A DNA stretch of 64,000 bases from a virus (taxonomy: Duplodnaviria; Caudoviricetes): the IMG/VR virus record IMGVR_UViG_3300025389_000010, positions 128,001 to 192,000 of that record; one strand, given 5' to 3'. How positions within the stretch are numbered: position 1 is the first letter of the stretch; every line of letters begins with the position of its first letter. Made by a program: the position numbers and the translations under genes. Shown in pieces: positions 21,021 through 29,738 of the stretch. The notes under the pieces are model-generated. The model saw only the letters and a program-made list of their open reading frames with translations, ran no database searches and was not told the origin of the DNA.

Positions 21021-21622
21021 ATTTTCAAAACTTCAGGAAATATTTGATTTATGAATTTTCTAGCTAAATGCCTATCATAAGATTTAGTAAAGTTTATAAA
21101 TTTTTTATAATCATTTGGCGTTTCATCATACATACTGTGTAATGCATCAGCTATTGCTTCTATATCTTCATGGGCAAAAAGTAAACTAAAACGCTGTAAT
21201 ATTTCTAAATCTGTAGGATCAACTTCTTGTTTTTTAACTGGTGCTAAACCACGTTCTCTTGGTTTAAGATATTCTAATATTTTAGGATGAATTTCATCTA
21301 AAAATGACTTAACTTCAAAATCATTACTTGCAAGATATTTTCTTAAAAGTTCATACTGTAAAGGATCTTGTAAAATTCTATTATAAAGAATAGCTGCATC
21401 TTTTATATCATTTCTATTAATAAGATTTCTTAATGACACAATTTTTTTTCTTATTTCGATAATATCGCTTCTCTTAAGAAGCTCTCTTGCATCTTGAGCT
21501 TCAAATATCCTAATCCAATAATCTTTAAATGTCATAGAAATATTTATATTGAATATTGACAATATTGTATTTTTTGTTAATATATTCACGTTATGACTAA
21601 AACAATTCAAACACAACCCCAA
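20996..21622 (-). CDS. Hypothetical protein; likely start at 21535 (MTFKDYWIRIFE)
   Basis: ORF track; TAAATA just upstream of the internal ATG. Confidence 0.5.
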   Translation of the reverse strand: MGLCLNCFSHNVNILTKNTILSIFNINISMTFKDYWIRIFEAQDARELLKRSDIIEIRKKIVSLRNLINRNDIKDAAILYNRILQDPLQYELLRKYLASNDFEVKSFLDEIHPKILEYLKPRERGLAPVKKQEVDPTDLEILQRFSLLFAHEDIEAIADALHSMYDETPNDYKKFINFTKSYDRHLARKFINQIFPEVLKIYPELKVI

Positions 21623-21895
21623 TATTTTTTAACTTTTACCGATGAGGAAGTTGCTTCTCTTGGTCTCCAATCGGGAGATGAATTTGAATGCCAACCTCTT
21701 GAAACCGGTGGTTTTCTTCTTAAGAAAAAGAATAAGCTAGATATTGATCTTTCTGAATATCCAAGAGAAATTCTTGAATATCTTATTCAGGAATCAATCA
21801 ATAAAAATGTTACAATTGCAACAATTATTACTGATGCTTTGGAAAATTATTTGAATATTTTTGACGGTAATAGATGTGATCCAGAAGATGATTAA
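21593..21895 (+). CDS. Putative DNA-binding protein (AbrB-like N-terminus, RHH-like C-terminus)
   Basis: LTFTDEEVASLGLQSGDEF pattern; TTGACA promoter upstream. Confidence 0.4.
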   Translation: MTKTIQTQPQYFLTFTDEEVASLGLQSGDEFECQPLETGGFLLKKKNKLDIDLSEYPREILEYLIQESINKNVTIATIITDALENYLNIFDGNRCDPEDD

Positions 21896-22400
21896 TTCTG
21901 TAATTTGGATAACAGGACTCTCTGGCTCTGGCAAGACAACACTTGCCAGAGCTTTGTCTTCTTGTATAGAAGACTCTATTGTTTTAGACGGTGATGAAAT
22001 AAGAAATAGTCTTGAAAGAAAATATGGTTTTTCTTTAAATGAAAGAATTGCTTTTGTTAATAATGTAATTTATCTGGCTAGAACTGCGATTGAATTTAAA
22101 AAGGCAAAGGTTGTTATTGTTGCTTTAATTTCTCCTTTAAAGGAGATGAGAGATACTGCAAGAGATATTATAACAAAATATTCTAATGCTAAATTTATAG
22201 AGGTTTTTATGGATACACCTCTTGAAACTTGTGAAAAGATAGATCCCAAAGGTTTATATAAAAAAGCAAGAGCCGGTTTAATAAATGATTTTACGGGAAT
22301 TACTTCACCATATGAAAGACCTGAAAATCCTGAATTTACAATTCATAATCAAAACACTGAACCATCAATTGTTGAAATTCTTAAAGTTATCAACAAATAG
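21861..22400 (+). CDS. cysC: Adenylyl-sulfate (APS) kinase
   Basis: WITGLSGSGKTT, LDGDEIR, ALISP, DPKGLYKKARAG, FTGI.SPYE.P. Confidence 0.92.
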   Translation: MTVIDVIQKMINSVIWITGLSGSGKTTLARALSSCIEDSIVLDGDEIRNSLERKYGFSLNERIAFVNNVIYLARTAIEFKKAKVVIVALISPLKEMRDTARDIITKYSNAKFIEVFMDTPLETCEKIDPKGLYKKARAGLINDFTGITSPYERPENPEFTIHNQNTEPSIVEILKVINK

Positions 22401-23027
22401 TTTGCTAATCTTTTCTAATTTTCTTTCTTCTGTTGCACTGGTAAATTCAAGCAAACAATCATATCCAGTTGATAGATAGGCTTGGATTTCATCATTATAT
22501 ACTTTACTTTTATAACCCAAATCCTTTAAAGCCTTTTCCAATTTAGTCTTTGTTTTGCTATTTATATTTTCTGAAATAAGATTGTCTGTAATCTTTTTAT
22601 AATTTTTATCCAGATAATAAAAAGCATGACATATTTCATGGTTTAGTGTTACTTTATCGCTTCCTTCTGATGCTATGAGATAAAAGCGATTATCTCCTAT
22701 TTCTTTCAGTATATTATCGTATATATCAGCAATTGTTAAATCATATTTGTTGATATCATCAAATTCAATAGTTTCAAACTTTCTAAAAACATTGTCTGGA
22801 ATATTAAACCCACACCAATCGAGAGGATAACTAAAAAAACATTCTTTTCTTTCTTTAACATACAAGCTCATAAAGTCTAAAAGATTAAACTTTTTGCCTT
22901 TTATTTCCTTATATGGTGATTCATAAAACTCTTGTAACCTACAAAAGGTCATACCGAGTTCATATGTATCTTCTATTATACAGTGAAATATATTATCTTT
23001 TACCTTTTCAAGTTTATATTCAATCAT
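22365..23027 (-). CDS. Conserved phage protein with HExxH
   Basis: RLQEFYESP, LNHEICHA, DEIQAY. Confidence 0.55.
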   Translation of the reverse strand: MIEYKLEKVKDNIFHCIIEDTYELGMTFCRLQEFYESPYKEIKGKKFNLLDFMSLYVKERKECFFSYPLDWCGFNIPDNVFRKFETIEFDDINKYDLTIADIYDNILKEIGDNRFYLIASEGSDKVTLNHEICHAFYYLDKNYKKITDNLISENINSKTKTKLEKALKDLGYKSKVYNDEIQAYLSTGYDCLLEFTSATEERKLEKISKLFVDNFKNFNN

Positions 23028-23683
23028 TTCTTTTTCTTTTTATGTCTTCCGTCTGCCACCCTGTTCACATCTTTAATAGGACACGCACAATGTTTCTTTA
23101 ATGCGCATTCTTCGCACCCATAATCAAGATAGATATCGGGTCTATGACATGCGAAATATGTATATTTTTTACACATGTCTTTGTCTTTTGAAAGATCAAA
23201 AATAGTTGGCTCTCTATTCGGATTAAACTTCGGCAATGTTTTTCTTATCTCATCTTTACGTGCTTCCATTTCTTCCACGGATAAAAACTCAACAACTTTT
23301 GGTTTATCTTCAACCGCAGGTTTCGGTTTGCATTCCTTACAGACAGATTCCGTCAATACACGCTTAATATCGCCATCAAACTTTTTCATTGCATGAGACA
23401 TACCGATTCCTTTTAAACCAATAAAGTCTATTTTACAAACAGAACACACGATTCTATTATGTGGTAATTTTTTGGTATTCTTCCAAACAGAAAGCCAAGC
23501 ATCAAGGTTTTCCAATTGATTTATGGGAATACTCGCTGTTTTTTTAACAGTTGATGTTTTATTTTTTGTTTTCTTCTTCATAAGATACCACGCAAAAGTA
23601 AAAGGGAAACTATAATAATGACTACACCGGGAAAATATTCCATAACCATACAGATAAGAAAAACAATCAAAAGAAATACACAA
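23024..23683 (-). CDS. Cys-rich hypothetical protein; likely start near 23581
   Basis: CSVC, CKEC, CHRPDIYLDYGCEEC. Confidence 0.5.
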   Translation of the reverse strand: MCISFDCFSYLYGYGIFSRCSHYYSFPFTFAWYLMKKKTKNKTSTVKKTASIPINQLENLDAWLSVWKNTKKLPHNRIVCSVCKIDFIGLKGIGMSHAMKKFDGDIKRVLTESVCKECKPKPAVEDKPKVVEFLSVEEMEARKDEIRKTLPKFNPNREPTIFDLSKDKDMCKKYTYFACHRPDIYLDYGCEECALKKHCACPIKDVNRVADGRHKKKKK

Positions 23684-23718
23684 ACAAAAATAAAATCTTT
23701 TAATACATTTTTCATAGT

Positions 23719-24132
23719 GTGATATTAAGTATTTATAACAGCATTGTCAACAATAAATATATGATGGACAAATTTAATCTATTTTTAGAAGCAATTGAAA
23801 AGAGCTTGGATAAAAAGTTTCACGAATTTCTTTCAAAAAGAAAAGCGGGTGCAACCAAGATTGAAAAACAAACAAGAGCCAAAGGTGGTTATTCTTTATT
23901 AACTGCCATACATTATGCTGCAAAACAAAAACCATATGCTGATGCTTTAAAGTGGGAAAATAAAAAAGGAAAGGAAAAGCATTTTAAAGAAAAGGCAAAG
24001 GAGATTTATAACAAGCTTAAAGATTTAGATTCCTTAACACAGAGAGAGTTTCAGTCATTAATGGGTCAATTGGAAGTTTATGGTGAAGTTTACATCAGAT
24101 GTAAAAAACCATCAAGCATTAAGTTGGATTAA
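23719..24132 (+). CDS. Hypothetical basic protein; likely start at 23761
   Basis: TAAATA upstream of MMDKFNLFLE. Confidence 0.5.
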   Translation: MILSIYNSIVNNKYMMDKFNLFLEAIEKSLDKKFHEFLSKRKAGATKIEKQTRAKGGYSLLTAIHYAAKQKPYADALKWENKKGKEKHFKEKAKEIYNKLKDLDSLTQREFQSLMGQLEVYGEVYIRCKKPSSIKLD

Positions 24133-24507
24133 TTCAATACCAAATTTTTTAGCCAACTCCAAGGTTGATGGGTCAAATTTATAAACCTCTTTATAAATGA
24201 TTTTTTTGATGCCATAAGCGGCAAGTGACTTGAGACAGTCATTGCATGGTAAAAGTGTTGTAGCTGCCAAATAACACTCATCAGGCTTAACGTAACGAAG
24301 CGCATTGATCTCTGAATGAACAACATATTTTCTACGCTCGTCACGATTTGACCAATCCTCTTCCATACCAGCAGGAAAGCCGTTATACCCCAAAGAAGCA
24401 ACGGTATTGTCATGCCTGAGTAAACAGCAACCAACTGTCTGATATGGATCTTTGGATTTAAGTGCAGCTACTTCTGCAAGTTTAAGAGCATATTGTTCCC
24501 ATGTCAT
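24112..24507 (-). CDS. dCMP deaminase
   Basis: SKDP..VG, GYNGFP, HSEINAL, PCNDC. Confidence 0.9.
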   Translation of the reverse strand: MTWEQYALKLAEVAALKSKDPYQTVGCCLLRHDNTVASLGYNGFPAGMEEDWSNRDERRKYVVHSEINALRYVKPDECYLAATTLLPCNDCLKSLAAYGIKKIIYKEVYKFDPSTLELAKKFGIELIQLNA

Positions 24508-24522
24508 TTATACATTATAGCA

Positions 24523-24855
24523 TCACATATCAGGATTATCTATCTCTTTTTGAATTCTTTTTACAAAATTTGCAAGTTTTGGGTTTTTAATTCTCTCGGA
24601 TCTTCTACCATCTCCACCATCTCTTATATAAGAGTATAATGCAATTTGGTCTTCATTTCCATCAATTAATCCGTAATCTGAATAATCGAAAACATATTGA
24701 ACACGGTTATCCAATTCTTTACTAAAACAAACCAAATATTCTTTATCACCAAGATAAACAATTTGAGTTTCATCATCATGGTAACTTTCTTTTAATATAT
24801 TTTTTAAAATACATTTTTCGTATGCTTCAATTAATAATTTTTGATCTTTGTCCAT
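24523..24855 (-). CDS. Hypothetical protein with KDQKLLIEAY leader
   Basis: ORF track; TAAATA upstream. Confidence 0.55.
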   Translation of the reverse strand: MDKDQKLLIEAYEKCILKNILKESYHDDETQIVYLGDKEYLVCFSKELDNRVQYVFDYSDYGLIDGNEDQIALYSYIRDGGDGRRSERIKNPKLANFVKRIQKEIDNPDM

Positions 24856-24881
24856 TATTAATATTTATATTAAAATAAGAA

Positions 24882-25472
24882 TTATTTTAAAAATATATCC
24901 CATTCTTTTATGTCGTGTGTATTTCTAATAAAGAAAGAAGTTGGAACTTCTCTTGGTGCATTTGGATTTTTCAAAAGCTTAAGACCTGCTTCATCTGGTG
25001 TTTTGTCACCTTTCATAGCATTGATCTTATTGTGGGTCAATACGCAATTTGTCCAAGAAGTATGACCACCTTTGCTTTTAGGTACAATATGATCTATATT
25101 ACCTTCATTTGGTGAAAGTTTCTTTCCGGTATACTGGCAAACACCACCATCTCTTATCCAAATATTTCTTTTGGTAAACTTCGGTCTTTTCTTTGGAACT
25201 TTATTATAATTTGAAAGAATAATGACCTTAGGGATCGCAATCTCTCCTCTTATGGTATTAATATAACAATAGCTTTCATTTTTAGACATTGTTATCCACT
25301 GGTCCCATTTCATAGGAGTCATATTACCATCATCTTCGATAAACAAGCCAGTTGCCGTCCCTGCATACATCATAGATAGTGCATCCGCTGGACAATTGAC
25401 GTTTATCGCTTGCCAGTTTTTATTTAAAACCAAGACTGTGGTTTGTTTAAGCTTGTTTTCACCAATGCTCAT
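24882..25472 (-). CDS. HNH endonuclease (McrA-like)
   Basis: VLVLN, RDGGVCQYTG, NIDHIVPKSKGG..SWTNCV...N..KG. Confidence 0.85.
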   Translation of the reverse strand: MSIGENKLKQTTVLVLNKNWQAINVNCPADALSMMYAGTATGLFIEDDGNMTPMKWDQWITMSKNESYCYINTIRGEIAIPKVIILSNYNKVPKKRPKFTKRNIWIRDGGVCQYTGKKLSPNEGNIDHIVPKSKGGHTSWTNCVLTHNKINAMKGDKTPDEAGLKLLKNPNAPREVPTSFFIRNTHDIKEWDIFLK

Positions 25473-25496
25473 ATGTCTTTAATATTTATTGTAAAA

Positions 25497-25570
25497 TGGT
25501 AGGAGATAACGGTAACGCTCCGCTGAATCCTGAATGTAAATCAGGTGTTTTACTTTTAAACTAATCTCCC
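25497..25570 (-). tRNA. trnV: tRNA-Val(TAC)
   Basis: Cloverleaf; anticodon arm CCTGA-TTTACAT-TCAGG; CCA encoded; non-canonical T-loop AGCGTTA. Confidence 0.85.
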
Positions 25571-25667
25571 AAACTTTATATATTTATATATTATTATAAA
25601 TAAAATAAAAAGTCAATTTGAAAACAAGACTATTTGAATGTGTACATAAACTATTGTAAATATTTAT

Positions 25668-26189
25668 ATGAATTGTATAAATTGCAATAACAAAATAACT
25701 AGTAAAGATGCCAAAAAATTTTGCAATAAATCTTGTGCTGCAAAATATAATAACTCGAAATTTCCTAAAAGAAAAAATACAGGTGAAAATGTAATATGTT
25801 TACAATGTAAAAAAGAATTTATTTATCATAAATCATCATCATATGGTAAATTTTGTAGTAATAAATGTTGTGGTAGATATAGATTTGAGAATAATACTAT
25901 TAAAAAAATAGAAAGAGGTGAAAGTTGTCATTCTGGTACATTAAGAAAATTTTTAACTGAAACTAAAGGGTATAAATGTGAAATATGTAATTTAAGTAAA
26001 TGGAACGATAAAGAAATATCTTTACATGTAGATCATATAGATGGGAATTCTGATAATAATTTTCCCGTTAATATAAGATTATTGTGTCCAAATTGCCATT
26101 CTCAAACTGAAACTTTTTGTGGTAGAAATATTAAAAATACTAAAAGATCATCTTATAAGAAAAGATATAGAATTAAAAATATTAAATAA
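25668..26189 (+). CDS. HNH homing endonuclease with N-terminal Zn-finger repeats
   Basis: FCNKSC, FCSNKC, CEIC, LHVDHIDG...N...N.RLLCPNCH. Confidence 0.85.
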   Translation: MNCINCNNKITSKDAKKFCNKSCAAKYNNSKFPKRKNTGENVICLQCKKEFIYHKSSSYGKFCSNKCCGRYRFENNTIKKIERGESCHSGTLRKFLTETKGYKCEICNLSKWNDKEISLHVDHIDGNSDNNFPVNIRLLCPNCHSQTETFCGRNIKNTKRSSYKKRYRIKNIK

Positions 26190-26216
26190 AAAAGCCACTC
26201 CGAAGAGTGGCTTTTT
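26188..26216. terminator. Intrinsic terminator between convergent genes
   Basis: AAAAAA GCCACTC CGAA GAGTGGC TTTTT. Confidence 0.85.
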
Positions 26217-26234
26217 GTCTTTATTTTTAAAAAA

Positions 26235-26615
26235 TCACTTTCGGTACATGATTGCATTTGCAACGTGTACGATATAATCATTTGCAATGGCAATCTTTTC
26301 TTCCATCCAAGGTTCGATATTTGCACCATTTTTTACACACTCATGAATTTCATGAGCGTGTGAACGTATTGTATGAAGATGAGCTTCTACCATTCTTTGT
26401 TTTTCTTCTTCGTTATCATGCATATCATCTTCTGATACTTCATGTTCAGAATGTTCATCATCGCTAAAATCATCGTCACCAGCTTCTCTTACTTCAAGAC
26501 CTACTTCTGGATTTGGTCTATCGCCAAAGTCATCTTCGTCTTCAGGTGAAACTTCCTTATCAAGAACAACGTCTTCATAAGCTTCCATTAACATCTTTAA
26601 ATCTTTGTCTTTCAT
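26235..26615 (-). CDS. Acidic protein with KDKDLKMLMEAY leader
   Basis: C-terminal NIEPWMEEKIAIA.DY motif typical of T4-like head-associated small proteins. Confidence 0.55.
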   Translation of the reverse strand: MKDKDLKMLMEAYEDVVLDKEVSPEDEDDFGDRPNPEVGLEVREAGDDDFSDDEHSEHEVSEDDMHDNEEEKQRMVEAHLHTIRSHAHEIHECVKNGANIEPWMEEKIAIANDYIVHVANAIMYRK

Positions 26616-26648
26616 GTGTAAATATACTTACAATTTAAAGATTCAAAT

Positions 26649-26722
26649 TGGTGGAGAATAAGGGAATTCAACCCTTGACCCCGCAGTGCAAATGCGGTAT
26701 TTTAGCACTAAACTAATTCCCC
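26649..26722 (-). tRNA. trnA: tRNA-Ala(TGC)
   Basis: G3:U70, anticodon arm CCGCA-TTTGCAC-TGCGG, CCA encoded. Confidence 0.9.
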
Positions 26723-27342
26723 TTTTTCTGCATTACATCATCAAAAATTTCATCGTATTTGCTTTGCTTATTTATTTTCTTTATGGCCTTTTCAAGTTCT
26801 TTCTGTATGAAATAAAGCTCTGGATCATCAAAATGTTCGTCAGCCTGAAACTTTATACCGATACCACCAGCTTTTTCCCAAGCTTCTATGTTAGACTTTT
26901 TATCATCTATTAGAACGTTTATTGTTCCATCTTTCTCAACTGCCGGTGCATCTTTCCATTTATCTTGTGAAAAACATATTCTTTCCGGTTGCGGGGAAAG
27001 ATTATTATGAATCCATAACATTTTACCTAACATTGATTGTCTCTTAAAGAACACATTTCTTTTTGTATCTTCTGGTTCAGTTTCATCGACAAGAGGAGCA
27101 GAACAAATATAAAAACAGTCAGCAACATCCAAAACTCTTTTTAAAAGAACGGTGTTCGATTTGAACACAGGAAGCTTTGCAAAATAATCATCAATGTTCG
27201 GAAGAGACTCCATCAAATTGAATATATCATCATGTGTGAGTTCTTTGTAATGTTTTTTACCACAAAGCTTTGCTGTTTCCCCAAAGAAATCAGCTAATAC
27301 GCCATCCATATCTAAAAATATTTTACTTTTTGTTTTCATCAC
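26713..27342 (-). CDS. HAD-family 5'(3')-deoxyribonucleotidase
   Basis: IFLDMDGVLADF, ICSAP, LIDD...NIEAW..AGGIGI. Confidence 0.85.
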   Translation of the reverse strand: MMKTKSKIFLDMDGVLADFFGETAKLCGKKHYKELTHDDIFNLMESLPNIDDYFAKLPVFKSNTVLLKRVLDVADCFYICSAPLVDETEPEDTKRNVFFKRQSMLGKMLWIHNNLSPQPERICFSQDKWKDAPAVEKDGTINVLIDDKKSNIEAWEKAGGIGIKFQADEHFDDPELYFIQKELEKAIKKINKQSKYDEIFDDVMQKKGN

Positions 27343-27547
27343 ACAATATTACCGTAAATTTATATAAAAACAAGCCGTGACATTTTCTATTTATTAATTC
27401 TTTTTTAGAACTTACAACTAATTTTTTTTCAATTCTTGCTATATCTTTTGTTTTTTCTTTTAAAATTTCGTCAGCCTGTTCTGGTGAATTGTAATAACCA
27501 GACCATTTTATGATATTCCTGTCTATTTTAGGGGCTTCCATATACAA
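27323..27547 (-). CDS. Hypothetical protein
   Basis: ORF track; TAAGTA upstream. Confidence 0.45.
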   Translation of the reverse strand: MYMEAPKIDRNIIKWSGYYNSPEQADEILKEKTKDIARIEKKLVVSSKKELINRKCHGLFLYKFTVILCDENKK

Positions 27548-27570
27548 TACTTATATATTAAAAAACCCAA

Positions 27571-27641
27571 CTACCCCGCATGGACTCGAACCATGAATAA
27601 CAGTGCCAAAAACTGTGGTGTTACCATTACACTACAGGGTA
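27571..27641 (-). tRNA. trnQ: tRNA-Gln(TTG), CCA not encoded
   Basis: ACAGT-TTTTGGC-ACTGT anticodon arm; GGTTCGAGTCC T-arm. Confidence 0.9.
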
Positions 27642-27647
27642 ATATGA

Positions 27648-27932
27648 TTACTCGTCTTCTATAGACAGTTTAATTTTTTCAGTATGATCTTCCCTTATTT
27701 TAATCATTTTCTTAAATAAAGAAAGAGTTTTCTTTTCAAATTCAATCTGCTCATTTTCTGGAACACGATCAACCATTGCTTCTACCATTGCAGTTAGAAA
27801 ACCAGCAGCAATCTTTGGTGTCAATTCCATTTCAAAAAATGAACGCATTGGTAAAACAGCAGGGCAATAATTTTCTGCATCGTATTCAAGTACGCCAGCT
27901 TTTAAAATTGTTGTGAATTTATCAGGGTCCAT
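27648..27932 (-). CDS. Hypothetical protein
   Basis: ORF track. Confidence 0.5.
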   Translation of the reverse strand: MDPDKFTTILKAGVLEYDAENYCPAVLPMRSFFEMELTPKIAAGFLTAMVEAMVDRVPENEQIEFEKKTLSLFKKMIKIREDHTEKIKLSIEDE

Positions 27933-27933
27933 T

Positions 27934-28299
27934 TTATTTTTGTTTTGATTCTATGCAATTTTTTAATATTTCAATACAGTCATTTATTGAAATATTTTTA
28001 TTATATTCCATGCTTCTACCAATGTATTTATACCAATTAACTTTAAAATCCAATGGTTTGTAATGAAAATTGGGAGCAGGATCTTCTACTCTACACCATG
28101 CACAATCTTCGCTATCACACCAGCAAAACCGATGAATCATAAATATATCATTTTCAAAATCAGTACCATATTTTTCCGCCCATTCTTCTTCAGATGCAAA
28201 ATGATCGGAGATGGCACGAATAATGGATTCGACCAGATAATCCTTTTGTGGACCAAACATACCGGATGGTGTTATGATATTAATGCTTGTTCCAGACAT
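27934..28299 (-). CDS. Hypothetical protein
   Basis: ORF track; FCWCDSEDC, WYKYIGR. Confidence 0.5.
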   Translation of the reverse strand: MSGTSINIITPSGMFGPQKDYLVESIIRAISDHFASEEEWAEKYGTDFENDIFMIHRFCWCDSEDCAWCRVEDPAPNFHYKPLDFKVNWYKYIGRSMEYNKNISINDCIEILKNCIESKQK

Positions 28300-28510
28300 A
28301 GATTACCAAGATAATGATAAAAAATAGGTTTGTAAAGAAAAATCCTAACTGAACTAAAAAACCAAGAGAAGAAAGTTTCTTATAAAGATCTTCGATCATC
28401 TTATGATCTTTATCCAAACAATCCATAATTTTCTCATCAATCTTGTGTTGAGTGCTGATGTATTCAACCAGACCTTCTATTTGAGAAGCTTTAATTTTAT
28501 TATTCGCCAT
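28280..28510 (-). CDS. Small membrane protein
   Basis: C-terminal hydrophobic helix. Confidence 0.45.
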   Translation of the reverse strand: MANNKIKASQIEGLVEYISTQHKIDEKIMDCLDKDHKMIEDLYKKLSSLGFLVQLGFFFTNLFFIIILVIYVWNKH

Positions 28511-28814
28511 AATGTTTTTTTAAGAAAAAGTATCTCTCTTCAATGCTAGGTGGTGTATCATAGAAATCATACATATCATCACAAAGCTCTTCCCATTCGT
28601 TACATTCCACAACCAATCTATTGTATCTTTCATTACATAGTTCTGGTTGATGCAAATCATTTTTAAGAGCAATATTTTCAAGATGAAGCTCTTCTAATCT
28701 CTGAGCAGCTTCTGCTATTGCAGAATTTGCAACGCCATCTTCTGATTGAATATCAACCGAAAGGATTTTAAGTGCTTCGATCAATGTTTCTGTTAAGGTT
28801 TTTGGAACTTCCAT
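28500..28814 (-). CDS. Hypothetical coiled-coil protein
   Basis: ORF track. Confidence 0.5.
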   Translation of the reverse strand: MEVPKTLTETLIEALKILSVDIQSEDGVANSAIAEAAQRLEELHLENIALKNDLHQPELCNERYNRLVVECNEWEELCDDMYDFYDTPPSIEERYFFLKKHYGE

Positions 28815-29029
28815 ATTTGTTCTTTTGCTTGTTCAAGTGTAATATTTTTAGGATTATTGTCAATGTCCTTTTTTGATTTATGGTCTTTATCAAACTTATC
28901 TAAAAGTTCTTTAGATAACTTTACACGAAAGGGACCATGATTACTATATTCATACTTTTCATTATTCTGGTCTGTCGAGCCATGCTGGTTCTCTTCTGAT
29001 GTGTTTGCTTTTTGCTTTTGATTTTTCAT
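28793..29029 (-). CDS. Hypothetical protein
   Basis: ORF track; overlaps neighbours by a few codons. Confidence 0.4.
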   Translation of the reverse strand: MKNQKQKANTSEENQHGSTDQNNEKYEYSNHGPFRVKLSKELLDKFDKDHKSKKDIDNNPKNITLEQAKEQIWKFQKP

Positions 29030-29189
29030 TGTTAATTCTTTTTATTTCTAATAACATTTCCTTTGCTCTAGTCTTTGAGATTCTTATCTCATTGTTCCCA
29101 ACTCTGTCCGCAATAGGAATAAGGGTTTTGAGAATACCCTCTAAGTCTGAAACTATATTATCGTATGTCATGGTTGATATATTAAACAC
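28962..29189 (-). CDS. Hypothetical protein
   Basis: ORF track; likely start MTYDNIV. Confidence 0.4.
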   Translation of the reverse strand: MFNISTMTYDNIVSDLEGILKTLIPIADRVGNNEIRISKTRAKEMLLEIKRINNEKSKAKSKHIRREPAWLDRPE

Positions 29190-29229
29190 TTTTGTTTTTT
29201 ATGCAAGAAAATTGTGCGAGCTTTATTTT

Positions 29230-29426
29230 TATCTCTTTGGCCTTTCCTCGCTCATGCCCTTCAGATGGGTGCGACCACAACATATTTTTGGATGGCGGGG
29301 CGCAACTCCCACATATGTTGTTCCTGTACAGCCTTGCAAGGACTGCCCCGGAATTTCCAGAAGCATTGTACAGATCGGGCATTCACCGATACCAACTTGT
29401 CTGCATTTTGACAAGCAGATACATCC
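29230..29426 (-). ncRNA. Unassigned ~200-nt multi-stem structured RNA
   Basis: GC-rich island with nested helices TATCT/AGATA, CTTGTC/GACAAG, TTGGT/GCCAA, ATCGG/CCGAT, CTGTACA/TGTACAG, CAACATAT/ATATGTTG, TCGC/GCGA; own promoter. Confidence 0.7.
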
Positions 29427-29433
29427 TTAATAT

Positions 29434-29462
29434 AATTTAACACCGATACGTTCTTGTGTCAA
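29434..29462 (-). promoter_or_regulatory. Sigma70-type promoter for the structured RNA
   Basis: TTGACA (29462-29457), 17 nt spacer, TAAATT (29439-29434); predicted +1 at about 29427. Confidence 0.6.
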
Positions 29463-29470
29463 ATAAAAAA

Positions 29471-29546
29471 TGGCACGTTAGGAGGGACTCGAACCCACAA
29501 CCAACAGTTTTGGAGACTGCGACTCTACCAATTGAGCTACTAACGT
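29471..29546 (-). tRNA. trnW: tRNA-Trp(CCA)
   Basis: GCAGT-CTCCAAA-ACTGT arm; CCA end. Confidence 0.92.
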
Positions 29547-29547
29547 G

Positions 29548-29622
29548 TGGCTGAAGTGGTAGGACTCGAACCTACAACCAATCCCTTAACAGGGGATCGC
29601 TCGACCATTGAGCTACACTTCA
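29548..29622 (-). tRNA. trnN: tRNA-Asn(GTT)
   Basis: ATCCC-CTGTTAA-GGGAT arm; CCA end. Confidence 0.92.
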
Positions 29623-29628
29623 ATAAAT

Positions 29629-29704
29629 TGGTCGTGATGGAGAGACTCGAACTCTCGATTCCTTGCTCCCAAAGCAAGTGCCATAGCCGCTAGGCGACAT
29701 CACG
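29629..29704 (-). tRNA. trnP: tRNA-Pro(TGG)
   Basis: CTTGC-TTTGGGA-GCAAG arm; CCA end. Confidence 0.92.
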
Positions 29705-29738
29705 TTATTTATATATCTTATCAAAAACAAAGGTAACA

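Noticed and set aside
29238-29250. GAGGAAAGGCC resembling RNase P CR-I (GAGGAAAGUCC)
   Set aside because: It lies at the 3' end of the RNA and I could not find the complementary P4/CR-V strand, so it is not called RNase P.
29182-29443. Several overlapping 60-80 aa ORFs on both strands
   Set aside because: Expected by chance in a GC-rich island with few stop codons; there are no recognisable motifs, and the extensive base pairing better explains the sequence.
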